Source: Eledone cirrhosa (taxonomy: Eukaryota). From it: a stretch of DNA of 64,000 nucleotides. Positions 15,702-29,080 of the stretch are shown piece by piece (the first letter of the stretch is position 1; each line of letters starts with the position of its first letter). The position numbers were made by a program, and so were the translations under genes. Where the stretch lies: assembly GCA_964016885.1 (NCBI GenBank), contig CAXHJY010001315.1:1-64000 (forward strand), written 5' to 3'. A model generated the notes under the pieces. That model saw nothing but the letters and a program-made list of their open reading frames with translations. It did no database searches and had not been told where the DNA came from.

Positions 15702-16301
15702 TATATGTATATATATATAAACTTATTTTCTGTAAGCCAAACCAGTTTCGTGGGTCAAGTAAAAACTAGTCTGTCGGAAAAGCCATGCTAACACTTACAA
15801 AACTAGATGTACCTACATAAATCACCCACCACATCCCACACACACATACACATACACAGATAGACACACAGACACACATATATATCACACACATACACAG
15901 ATAGACACATGGACACACATATATATATATCACACACACGTACGGATGCTTTCAAACACCTAAGAGAAATCTGTTTGGTTTGCGTACATGTGTATGTGTG
16001 TGTTTGTGTGTGTGTTTGTGTCTATGTATGTGTGTATGTATGTGTGTGTGTTTGTTTGTATATATGTGTCTATGTGTATAAGTGTGTATGTATGTGTGTA
16101 AGAGCATGTGTGTGTATCTATAAACAGCATAAACAACATGATAGGACAGTTCCTTCTATTATTAACACTGTAAAGATGACAGGCAGAGACAATCTCAGCG
16201 GGATTTGAACTTTTTTTTTACGTTCTGAGTTCAAATCCTGCCGAGGTGAGCTTTGCCTTTCATCCTTACGGGGTCGATGAAATAAAGGACCAGGGTGAGC
16301 T

Positions 16302-16977
16302 GTAACAATAACAGCCTGTCAGAACTCAGTCCCTACGATAAAAACCCGAGAAATCTCTAAGGTACCGCCTCATAAGAAGACTAACTAAAGGTGCATAAGT
16401 GTAAGTTATAAGTTATAACAATAGCATCCCGTAAGAACTCTGTCCCTACGATAAAAACCCGAGAAATCTCTAAGGTACCGCCTCATAAGAAGACTAACTA
16501 AAGGTGCATAAGTGTAAGTTATAAGTTATAACAATAGCATCCCGTAAGAACTCTGTCCCTACGATAAAAACCCGAGAAATCTCTAAGGTACCGCCTCATA
16601 AGAAGACTAACTAAAGGTGCATAAGTGTAAGTTATAAGTTATAACAATAGCATCCCGTAAGAACTCAGTCCCTACGATAAAAACCCGAGAAATCTCTAAG
16701 GTACCGCCTCATAAGAAGACTAACTAAAGGTGCATAAGTGTAAGTTATAAGTTATAACAATAGCATCCCGTAAGAACTCTGTCCCTACGATAAAAACCCG
16801 AGAAATCTCTAAGGTACCGCCTCATAAGAAGACTAACTAAAGGTGCATAAGTGTAAGTTATAACAATAGCATCCCGTAAGAACTCTGTCCCTACCATAAA
16901 AGGGCCCTGAGGAATCTCTTTTAAAATACAACCTCATAGAGGCCTAACTAAAGGTGCATAAGTGTGAGCTGTAACAA
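16302..16977. repeat. Tandem repeat, 113-bp unit, about 6 copies
   Basis: AGAACTC(A/T)GTCCCTAC at 16321, 16434, 16547, 16660, 16773, 16879. Confidence 0.95.
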
Positions 16978-17166
16978 TTCTGGGTCCTTACAATCAAAAG
17001 AGCCAAGAAACCTCCTATAATGCAACCGTACAGTAGCCAAACTAACCCTGCATAGGTGTAATCAGTTCATTACATTTTTTTCTTTTCTTTTCTCGAATTC
17101 CGATATAATAGTCATTTGGAAAATATTCCATTCTACCTATCAGAATATATATATATACATATATAC

Positions 17167-17199
<33 letters not shown>

Positions 17200-17288
17200 C
17201 ACATACATATGTATATATGTATGTACAAACACATAAATGCCCACACATAAACACACACAGATATATATAAACATACATATATATATAC

Positions 17289-17416
<128 letters not shown>

Positions 17417-17443
17417 ATACATATATATATATATACATATATA

Positions 17444-17477
<34 letters not shown>

Positions 17478-17757
17478 AGATAGATCTAAATGTCGGGAAA
17501 AGGAACTAACGGAATTACCATTGAAAATAACCACCTCCGATGGTTGGACTTGTGTCCTATCTATAATTTCAGCTTTTAGATCAAACACTTCCTACACATT
17601 GAGATTAAACATATTTACATTTGTACAATATATTAATTCATATGATATATGGTGTCGCCTGTAATTTCCGTTTCAGCTTCACGTTTTTCATCTATATGAT
17701 GCAAAGGTAATTTATTCACGCAAATCCATTATATCAAAGACATATATATATACACAC

Positions 17758-17822
<65 letters not shown>

Positions 17823-17846
17823 CATGCGTAGACGGACATACCTACA

Positions 17847-17886
<40 letters not shown>

Positions 17887-17928
17887 GAGAAATAACCAAA
17901 CACATCATGCATGAATGCACACATATCC

Positions 17929-17988
<60 letters not shown>

Positions 17989-18731
17989 ACATATGTCGGT
18001 ATATATATGTTTGTTTGATATATATATATATATAATTTTATATATATATTTATGTTTGTTCGCGTCTGTCTGTTCACATATATATATTCATGCTTATATA
18101 TATATATATATATATGTTTGTGTGTGTGTGTGTGTGTGTTTCTGAGTGTGTGTATATAAATATGTGTGTAAGTATAGAGTGCAAGAGAGGCGGAGAGGGG
18201 GAGAGAGACATACATGTATACAAACATACAATCACACTTACATACATATATACACCTACTGCACACATATGGAATAAATCAATGACTGAGGACAATAAAC
18301 GACAGTGTACAGGATTCTAGTGTAAAAGGTATGTATACAAATTAACAGACTGAAAAACTCTTTCAAATTTTGCCTGTGTCGAGCACTCTATCGGATTGTG
18401 TAACAACAAGAGTAATGATTTCTAATAACTGTCACCAGGCTATCTAATTGTGGCAGGGATTGATGTTCAGTCGATACAGATCGATATATTGCTTGTCTGG
18501 TACTTTTTTTGTATCGAACTCCATCCAATGAGTGAACTTCTGAAACGATATGTTGAAAGTTGACCTCAGGACGTGAAATCAAGGAACTTAATACCACAAA
18601 ATAATTGGTCCCGTGCTGAATATTTGGCTCGTTTCAAAGCTTTTATATCTCTCTCTCTCTCTATCTCTCTATCTCTCTATCTCACTTGCTCTCTCTCTCT
18701 CTCTCTCTCTCTCACTTGCTCTCTCTCTCTC

Positions 18732-18797
<66 letters not shown>

Positions 18798-18977
18798 GAC
18801 ATATATATATATATATATAACGAAGGAGGTGTGGTAAGGAATCAGATGGACCATAACGCACCAGAGTACTCAATACTTAGGGTAGTAGAGAGGGTAATAG
18901 TCCAGAAATAGCCGTCGAAACAGCTTGATCTCTGCCCACGGGGTCAAACATTTTCCTATATATATTTATATATATGT

Positions 18978-19038
18978 ATAGGGCTTTCCTGAGGATTTCT
19001 CCCGAGTGAAACATTTCTAGTCCTGTAGAAGCCATTTC

Positions 19039-19043
<5 letters not shown>
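18978..19043 (+). mobile_element. Family-B HHR fragment (short-arm type)
   Basis: CTGAGGA TTTC TCCC GAGT GAAA CATT TC TAGTCCTG between TA tracts. Confidence 0.65.
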
Positions 19044-19095
<52 letters not shown>

Positions 19096-19126
19096 CAAAA
19101 GATGGTTAAAAGGGTTCCATGTATTT

Positions 19127-19197
19127 TATTTTATTATGCGCATTTCAAAAGCAAATATCATCATGGGATGATATTTGCGTTCTCATCAGATAAAATA
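19127..19197 (-). ncRNA. Hammerhead ribozyme in a (TA)n-flanked insert (~19090-19292)
   Basis: TATTTTAT-CTGATGA-GAAC GCAAATATCATC CCAT GATGATATTTGC TTTT-GAAA-TGCGCA-T-A-ATAAAATA: 8-bp stem I, 12-bp perfect stem II core, palindromic stem III. Confidence 0.85.
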
Positions 19198-19293
19198 GGG
19201 AGACGTGATATGAAGCTTAAAAAACACTTGCGAGCAGTGAAGTGTTAAATCAACATATGAAAAATAAAATAAGATGGATAAACAATAAAAGAG

Positions 19294-19332
<39 letters not shown>

Positions 19333-19336
<4 letters not shown>

Positions 19337-19633
19337 TGAAAAGGTAACACACTAGAGAGTGATACAGTGCTCTATCAATAAAACAGGGAAAATTATAGAG
19401 GTATTTATTTACGCTTTAATTTATATTTTTAATTATCGTGTCTATATTCTGCCTTTCACAGGTTATAGATTCCATACACTGGTGGTGTTTCCCTGTTTTA
19501 TTGATGGCGCACTGTATCTCTCTCTAGTGTGTTACCTTTTCAACATATTGTATTCTAAAGTGCCCGGGATTTCCTCTCCTTTGAGCACATTATTTACAGG
19601 GAACGGCGAGAGTCTATGGCTCTGTTAATGTAT

Positions 19634-19640
<7 letters not shown>
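19333..19640. mobile_element. Asymmetric inverted-repeat insert between microsatellites
   Basis: 19333-19390 is an imperfect inverted repeat of 19488-19545. The right arm has an extra ~95-bp tail. Confidence 0.55.
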
Positions 19641-19691
<51 letters not shown>

Positions 19692-19951
19692 TTTGTCAGT
19701 GTTGAACAAACGAGCAACGGTGGTTGCTAGACACTACGGCTTAATACGGGATGTTTGTTTACAAACACACCGAGCATTATAATAAATGTTCGGTGAATCC
19801 ATACGTGCATATATATATGTGTGCATGTATGTATATATATATATACATACTACTGTACGTCGGTATACATATATGTATGTACGTGTACATACTTATATTT
19901 AAGTAACAGCCGTACTAAGAGTGGGAAATGAAATATCGTTTCATTTTTTCC

Positions 19952-19980
<29 letters not shown>

Positions 19981-19982
<2 letters not shown>

Positions 19983-20188
19983 ACGAAGGAAATGTGGTAA
20001 GGAACCAGGTGGACCATAACGCACCAAAGTACTCAATACTTGAGGTAGTAGAGTGGGTAATAGGAACCAGTAAGACCCCGACAGCTGAGCTCAAGCCGTT
20101 TCGACGGCTAATTCTGGACCAAGAATTAGCCGTCCAGAATTAGCCGTCGAAACGGCTTGAGCTCAGCTGTCGGGGTCTTACTGGTTCC

Positions 20189-20190
<2 letters not shown>
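19981..20190. mobile_element. Family-A palindromic insert, young copy (arms ~20060-20119 / 20131-20190)
   Basis: Near-perfect inverted arms, tail 19981-20059, (TA)n flanks. Confidence 0.8.
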
Positions 20191-20219
<29 letters not shown>

Positions 20220-20370
20220 GTATGTGTGTGTGTATACTCTTTTATTGTTTTACCTGTTCCAGCCATCCGGCTGAAACCATGCTGGGGCACCACAAAATTA
20301 TAAGAAATTCAAGGATATGAAATTATCATTTCTTCTTTCATTTCTTGGCGTAATTATATATACGTATACG

Positions 20371-20404
<34 letters not shown>

Positions 20405-21171
20405 AGTGTGTGTGTGTGTGTGTATAGTCCAGAATTAGCCGTCGAAACGGCTTGAGTTCAGCCGTCGGGGTCCTACTCGTTCCTATATTTATATATATAT
20501 ATATATATATATATACGTTATAGATACATAGATAACTATCTCTCTATGTAGCGCAGCCTTTTTAAGTCCCCATCTCTACATGGTTGGTTTCTTGTCTTAA
20601 AGTTATGATTTGCTTTGTAAAAGTCCTCAGGCGTGAATATTACTGCGATCTTCCATTGTTATCAGTAACAAAACTTCTTCCGGCCCCACAATTCTGGTCC
20701 CTCTTTTATTTATTTATTTATTTACCTATCTAGTTTTGTATTGTTTATTTTGTTTCCAAATTAATCAATCATCGATGTCACTTTATAGAAAAGTCTACCT
20801 GGAAATTCAGCAGTTTTTTTTTTATTGCCATGTCAGATATTCATACATTAGTAAATATACATACATATACCCACACGCATATATGATATATGTATACGCA
20901 AACACGTATATACACACATGCATATTCTCATATACACACACACACACACGCGCACACACACATACACACACACACACGAATAGTTGTAAAGCAAAGATGA
21001 CCCTCGGCGGGACTTGAACTCAGTGAACAGAGAGACGTGTATATATATATATATATATATATATAGGAACGAGTAGGACCCCGACGGCTGAGCTCAAGCC
21101 GTTTCGACGGCTAGTTCATGGTGCGTTATGGTGCGTTATGGTCCACCTGGTTCCTTACCACATTTCCTTCG

Positions 21172-21220
<49 letters not shown>

Positions 21221-21222
<2 letters not shown>

Positions 21223-21414
21223 TTTTAATATAGATGAGATTCTACAGGACTAGAACTGTTTCATTCATTAGAAATCATCAGGAATCTCTGATGATTTCTA
21301 ATGAATGAAACAGTTCTAGTCCTGTAGAATCTCATCTATATTAAAACTTTTATACTCTGCTATGTATTGAGTACCTTACTTACTGTGGTTACCTCCGATT
21401 CAACCCGGAATAAC

Positions 21415-21416
<2 letters not shown>
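21221..21416. mobile_element. Family-B palindromic HHR insert (arms 21221-21281 / 21288-21348, tail to 21416)
   Basis: CTGATGA-T-TTC TAAT GAA-T-GAAA-CAGT-T-C-TAGTCCTG. Arms meet across a 6-nt spacer just 5' of CTGATGA. (TA)n flanks. Confidence 0.8.
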
Positions 21417-21453
<37 letters not shown>

Positions 21454-21475
21454 TGTATATACATATATATATATA

Positions 21476-22113
21476 TTAGTTTAGCGAGGTTTTTTATATG
21501 AAATCGTGTGTCGAAACAAATATTGTTATACTTGGGGAGGGTCATATTTGTGTAATATTGCCAGAATTAATAACAGAACACACTCACTGTTTGGTTGGTT
21601 TTCGCTTCTCGCTGTCTTTTATATCTGTAATCTAGCTTACTCGGTCCTCAATGTTGCCATTGACTGACCGACGGTCAAAAATAATACAGATACAATATAG
21701 ACACAAACACATATATATAGTTTACATAATTTACATAAATCTTTCGTTGCACATCTGCAACATCGTCAGTGGTGTTATATTTTCCTCCTGTTGTGTTGTA
21801 CGTCTACGCCAGGGACTGAATAAAAAATGGCGTAGACATACAACACAACAGGAGGAAAATATAACACCACTGACGATGTTGCAGATGTGCAACGAAAGAT
21901 TTATGTAAATTATGTAAACTATATATATGTGTTTGTGTCTATATTGTATCTGTATTATTTTTGACCGTCGGTCAGTCAATGGCAACATTGAGGACCGAGT
22001 AAGCTAGATTACAGATATAAAAGACAGCGAGAAGCGAAAACCAACCAAACAGTGAGTGTGTTCTGTTATTAATTCTGGCAATATTACACAAATATGACCC
22101 TCCCCAAGTATAA

Positions 22114-22114
<1 letters not shown>
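21476..22114. mobile_element. Large palindromic insert (arms 21525-21811 / 21828-22114, tail 21476-21524) with HHR-like core at 21870-21897 (+) and its mirror
   Basis: 287-bp inverted arms with one mismatch seen and a 16-nt spacer. CTGACGA-T-GTTGCA GATG TGCAAC-GAAA. (TA)n on both sides. Confidence 0.8.
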
Positions 22115-22148
<34 letters not shown>

Positions 22149-22151
22149 TAT

Positions 22152-22330
22152 ATATTTAATATAGAAAGGCTTCTACGGGACTAGAACTGTTTCATTCCGG
22201 AGAAATCATCAGAAATCATCATAGGCTTCCTGATGATTTCTCCGGAATGAAACAGTTCTAGTCCTGTAGAAGTCTTTCTATATTAAATATTTATACTCTG
22301 CTTTGTATTGAGTACCGCACTTACTGTGGT
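22152..22330. mobile_element. Family-B palindromic HHR insert
   Basis: Arms ~22152-22212 / 22230-22290, CTGATGA at 22230, tail to 22330. Confidence 0.8.
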
Positions 22331-22333
22331 ATG

Positions 22334-22401
<68 letters not shown>

Positions 22402-22632
22402 CATACATATATATATATACATATACATTTACATATGTGTGTTTCTATTTTCTCTCTGTTTCTCTGTTTCCTTTCTTCCCCTAACCAACCCAGTTCCGGT
22501 GTATTACTTTCTGTTATTGGCCTAATATTTCAATCCTTTCCCTGTCATTTCTAACAAATTTCCTAATGGCTCTTGCAATTGTATATCCACGCGTGAGTGA
22601 ATTTGTGTATGAGGCTGTACCTGTCTTTGTGA

Positions 22633-22665
<33 letters not shown>

Positions 22666-23644
22666 TGCATGTATGTGTATGTGTGGAATTGTGTCTGTGT
22701 ATATATGTATATATGAATGTGTGTGTGTGATTTGTGTCTATGTTCAATTATAGTTCAGTTACTATCCAATAAAATTAACATGCTTAAATCTATTTGAAGT
22801 TAGTTAAAGAATGGTGAAAATAGAGCTACAATCACATACATACACAAGTCATTCTCTCTCTTTTTCTCTCTCTTTTTCTCTCTCTTTTCTCTCTCTCTCT
22901 CTCTCTCTCCTCCCCTCTCTGTGTGTCCCTCTTCCTCCCCTCTCTATATACACACATATATATATATATATAACAGAGACGTAAATGGAAAACAACATAG
23001 TAATAATTATATATATATATATATGTATATAATTATTAAGACTTGTTTCTAGAACAGAGCCATACCGGGAACGTACGTTTCGTTGGCGTAGAGAACCAAC
23101 TTTTTCAACCTATGCCCGTGGGAATGAAATACCAATATACTCAACTATAAATATGATAATGGAACTAACAGTTTACAACAGAAAAAACTGCTGCTTCAGT
23201 CTTAATCCTTTTTGAAACTATTTAAATATTGCGGTCTGAAAAGCTTGCTCGTATTAATACGATGCTCGAGTAAGAAAATAACTAGTTAACAATACAAAGT
23301 GAGGATAAATGGCAGACACACAGGTTTGAAAAGGTAGAAATATGACATGGGTCTCTGGAAGTCACGGCAATAAACTAATATAGGTATTTTCTTAACATCA
23401 AAGAGTTAAAAAAGATATAAGTCCTTTAAAATCAGTAGAAAACATTGTTCGTTAGAAAGAGAAAGAGTTAATATGAAGTCAGGTTTTCAATATGTTTCCC
23501 ACACCATTGCTCTGGAGTACTGGTCATGCTAAGATAATCATCAATTACATATCTCTGATCTAAAGAGTTCATTCAGTCGAAACGTAAGAATAAGATGTTC
23601 TCACTCTAAGTATTAAATAGTAAAGCATATATGTATAGTAAAGC

Positions 23645-23691
<47 letters not shown>

Positions 23692-23739
23692 CGTGTGTAT
23701 ATAATTGTATATATATATATATATATGTGTGTATATATA

Positions 23740-23854
<115 letters not shown>

Positions 23855-23861
23855 ATATATA

Positions 23862-23931
<70 letters not shown>

Positions 23932-24668
23932 AGCATTTATATATATATGGGAGAAAAGAAGTATTTTAGTACATTTCTTAGTAAAATTATTTTAAATTAT
24001 TTCATTGTATTTTCATAAACTCTTATAAGTTCGACATCATTTTGCTTATATAAATTGTATCGTATTAGTAATACTAATAGTAATATAAACTAACTATTTC
24101 AACCATGATTGTCCTAACACTCATTTCTACATCCCATCTTTGATACGGGTGTATAGGACGCAGGGAAGAATTTTTATGTTGTTTTTATCATTATGTTTCT
24201 TTAGGTGCCTGTAATAGGTCGGCAATACGATAATTAACTTCCAATTTCAGTTATACCCATCTCTGAGTCCTGCACGTTAACCGGCTTCCTAGTTAATCTT
24301 GAATATAGCACCAACTATTAAATTATACACACGTGCCCTAAGAGATCCTTAAATTGTTCTGGTCTATACAACACAAGTACAATTCCTTTACAGACTTCAG
24401 CACCCTTTAAAAGTATCAGTCAATAGAAAATAAATACGTTACAAGTTTATAGCTAGTTGCAATTCAACAGAAACTAAGTTTAATATAATGAGTAGTAACC
24501 TGAAAAATCTATTTACTATTTGCATATGACTTAGTAGGACTTAGTCATGGACAGTATAGCCATATCGTTAATCAGATGTTTGTGAGAGAAACCTGTTCAC
24601 ATCATTGTCTAATGGTATAGTAGGATTATATGTACGAATGTGTGTAACTGGGTACTGTGTATATATAT

Positions 24669-24763
<95 letters not shown>

Positions 24764-25111
24764 TATGTATACGTGTGTATATTGTGTGTATATATATATA
24801 TATACTTGCAAGAATGTAAACAAATGTCCACAAACATATGGGCGGTTTTAAGTGAAAATATCAGTTGACGTGTTTTAAACCTGTAAATTTGAAGTCTTCC
24901 CTTAAAGCTGAACAAACAGAAAATACAGAGGGAGAAAAACTTATTAAGTAAGAGGAAGAATAACGACACACACACACACATACACATACACTCACACATA
25001 CACACACCCACACATACACACTCACATACATACACATACACACACACATATATATATAGGTATACATATATATAAAGAGAGCGAGAGAGAGAGACATTTA
25101 TATATATATAA

Positions 25112-25150
<39 letters not shown>

Positions 25151-25192
25151 TATATATATATATAAAGAGAGTGAGAGAGAGACATTTATATA

Positions 25193-25253
<61 letters not shown>

Positions 25254-25686
25254 GTGTGTGCGTGTATATATGTGTGTGTATGTGTGTGTGTGTGTGTGTT
25301 TATAAACAGAACGAGAGAGTGAGCTAGTATAAGAAAGAGGATGTAGAAAGAATAAGAAGTGGATGTAGGTTTACTTAAGCAGTGATTTAACTCATTAATC
25401 GGGAGATCAAGTTTCTAGAAAAAAAAATTGAAGTTTCAGTGTTTCTTGCAATTGCAGCATGTTTTAAAAACATAATCAATATATTGATATTGATACATAT
25501 ATGGGTGTGTGGTTCAGGGAGTCGTTTATCAAACATGTGTTTCTAGATGAAGTCCCTCAGTCCAGCTTCTTTTGACAGGTGACGTCTACTATAGTCACGG
25601 GTTAATCATGGATATCTTACATTAGCTCACTTCTGCCACGGATTAACCAGTCTTCGAATTGCTGGACCTTTGAACTGCTCGTATAT

Positions 25687-25721
<35 letters not shown>

Positions 25722-25809
25722 ATATATACACACACACACATATATATATATATATATGTGTGTGTGTATATATACACACACACACATATATATATACACA
25801 CACACATAT

Positions 25810-25861
<52 letters not shown>

Positions 25862-26680
25862 AGATAAGCAGAACAAGTAAAATTCAACCAATTTTTCAAA
25901 ATAAATCAAAATTAATATACAATTAAAATTAATCAAAATTAAAAAATATAATATAAATATTTACCTATTCAAATGGCCCTAACTGTACAGTTTCACGTTG
26001 CAAAACATTAGATATCACGTGGATATTAATGGAAAAGCAAATATCATCAGAGAAGCATTTTCCTATCCTAGGGTTAAAAACCCCAGGAACGATAAAATAT
26101 ATGACCTCACTCCAACTAATACAGGTCTGAAAGGTCGTGAAAGTGACCCATAAATACGTTGGTGTATAGTGAAGGCGGGAAATCATAGACTGGTCGTCTA
26201 TGATCGCTACCAAAAAAGATTTTTAGCAACTAAATAGAACGACAGGATTTTTCTCTACATACTTGGAGAATATTGAATAAGGTTAATATATATCTGAGGG
26301 AAGCCTCGTTCCAATCTGGAGAAACATGGCTTCCAGTAGGTTTTAAGTGCCATGCTTCACGAGGGCACCTCTACGACTCCATCAGAAGTTAAGGGCCGAT
26401 TTCCCATTTAGCTATTAGTTAGCAGTAAATATCTGTATTTTTTTATCAGCTGTTAGTAGTAAGTAGGTTAGTAGTTAGCTTTACACAAGTTTATATTGAT
26501 TGTACAAGCGGTGAATCGAGAGAGTGGTTAGAATGTTGGATATAGTAATTCAGTGTATTTGTTCAAGTTCTCTACGTCCCCGAGTTATAATCAAACCGAG
26601 GTCAACTCCGCCTTTCTTGCTTTTGTGGTCGGTAAGAAATCTCCACCCAGTATTTTCTTTTAAAATGTTTAGTAAAATAT

Positions 26681-26766
<86 letters not shown>

Positions 26767-26796
26767 TGGCCGATAGTGCTTCTTGTGGTTTTGATT

Positions 26797-26834
26797 GCCC
26801 TGATGAGTCCTTAATAGGACGAAACATTGTTGGC
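26797..26834 (+). ncRNA. Canonical minimal hammerhead ribozyme in a ~120-bp insert (26763-26882) between (TA)n tracts
   Basis: GCC-CTGATGA-GTCCT TAAT AGGAC-GAAA-CATTG-T-T-GGC, followed by AATAAA. Confidence 0.85.
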
Positions 26835-26879
26835 TAATAAAGATTTTTGATGTATTGAAGGCTTCTTTGTTTTATTTTC

Positions 26880-27543
<664 letters not shown>

Positions 27544-27577
27544 TATATATATGTTTATATATATATATATATTTATA

Positions 27578-28051
27578 TGGAAAGTTATATTTAAAATTGT
27601 TGGGTTACAACTAGTAAATATTTATAACTGATATAAAAGCACTCGACAAATATTTGGAGTATATTTACAATATTAAATAAATGGAAACTATATTTATAAA
27701 ACCATATTTATTTCATTATATATATTTCGGGGATATCATATTAACAATATGCTATGCCTTCCTCAGACAAAATACAATATAAACAGTTTTATAGATAAAT
27801 AGATTCGACATACCGTTATAACACCGACTTCCATTTGAAGAGGTTTAAGCTGGCAGTTTTAACTGCCAGCTTAAACCTCTTCAAATGGAAGTCGGTGTTA
27901 TAACGGTATGTCGAATCTATTTATCTATAAAACTGTTTATATTGTATTTTGTCTGAGGAAGGCATAGCATATTGTTAATATGATATCCCCGAAATATATA
28001 TAATGAAATAAATATGGTTTTATAAATATAGTTTCCATTTATTTAATATTG

Positions 28052-28053
<2 letters not shown>
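27578..28053. mobile_element. Palindromic HHR-bearing insert (arms 27666-27858 / 27861-28053, extra tail 27578-27665), HHRs at 27945-28010 (+) and 27709-27774 (-)
   Basis: 193-bp inverted arms with TT loop. TATTTTGT-CTGAGGA-...-GAAA-TATATA-T-A-ATGAAATA. Flanked by (TA)n. Confidence 0.85.
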
Positions 28054-28101
<48 letters not shown>

Positions 28102-28149
28102 CATGTGTGTGTGTGTGTATGTGTGAGTGTCCTTATTCTTCCTCTTACT

Positions 28150-28288
28150 AAGTCTTTCTGATGATTTCTCCCGAATGAAATAGTTCTAGTCCTGTAGAAG
28201 ACATTTCTGTATTAAATATTTATACTCTGCTATGTATTGAGTACCTTACTTACTGTGGTTACCTCCAATTGAACCCGGGATAAACTTA
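28150..28288 (+). mobile_element. Family-B HHR insert, single arm
   Basis: CTGATGA at 28158, same tail as 21349-21416. Confidence 0.75.
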
Positions 28289-28412
28289 TATATATATATA
28301 GGAACATACGTTCCTATTACCCACTCTACTACCCTAAGTATTGAGTACTTTGGTGCATTAATGTCCATCTGGTTCCTTACCACATTTCTTTCGTTATATA
28401 TAAATATATATA

Positions 28413-28475
<63 letters not shown>

Positions 28476-28666
28476 GTATATATATATATATATAGATATA
28501 GATAGGTAAATATACACGGGTGTGTATGATTGTGTATAGAAGATTATATTAATAAGAGGAATTCCAACTTTGTCTGATTTACTCGTTTTATTTACAATCC
28601 TTTAAAATATATATAATGGTATTATAATGAAATAGTATGATAGAATATTAAATTCTAAGTGTTAAT

Positions 28667-28705
28667 TGAACAAGTACTTTCATGCTTTCGCAATCTTCAG
28701 GTTCA
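28667..28705 (-). ncRNA. Hammerhead ribozyme (inverted PLE copy)
   Basis: Exact reverse complement of 34129-34167. Confidence 0.85.
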
Positions 28706-29080
28706 TGATATGTGGTGACAGTCGAGTTTGCAATTTTCAACTGTAATGAGATGGGTAAATTTCCTACCTTTTATACATTTTATACAGAGAAAAGTGGCTC
28801 CAGAATGCAAAGCCCTGTAAACTGTATTTCGACCAATCAGTGTGTAGTTTCACTGAATTACTACAGCTGATTGGTTTAAGCGTCACGGCTGGTTGAGCAT
28901 GCTAACGACCAATAGTCATATCCAACGTATCAATTGTTTTGCTTTTTTGAAATGATGAAAATAGCATTTTCTATTAATCATCACCATCAACATCACTTTT
29001 ATTATTATTATTATTGTTGTTGTTGTTGTTGTTAGTGGTCGTGGTCATAGTGGTAGTAGAAGTAATACCCCTAGGCGTTA

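Noticed and set aside
21651-21988. Twin 85-aa ORFs on opposite strands
   Set aside because: Mirror images caused by the palindrome, with no protein features.
23540-23600. Possible decayed hammerhead (CTAAAGAG...TCGAAACGTAAG AATAA)
   Set aside because: Core mutated and stems do not pair convincingly.
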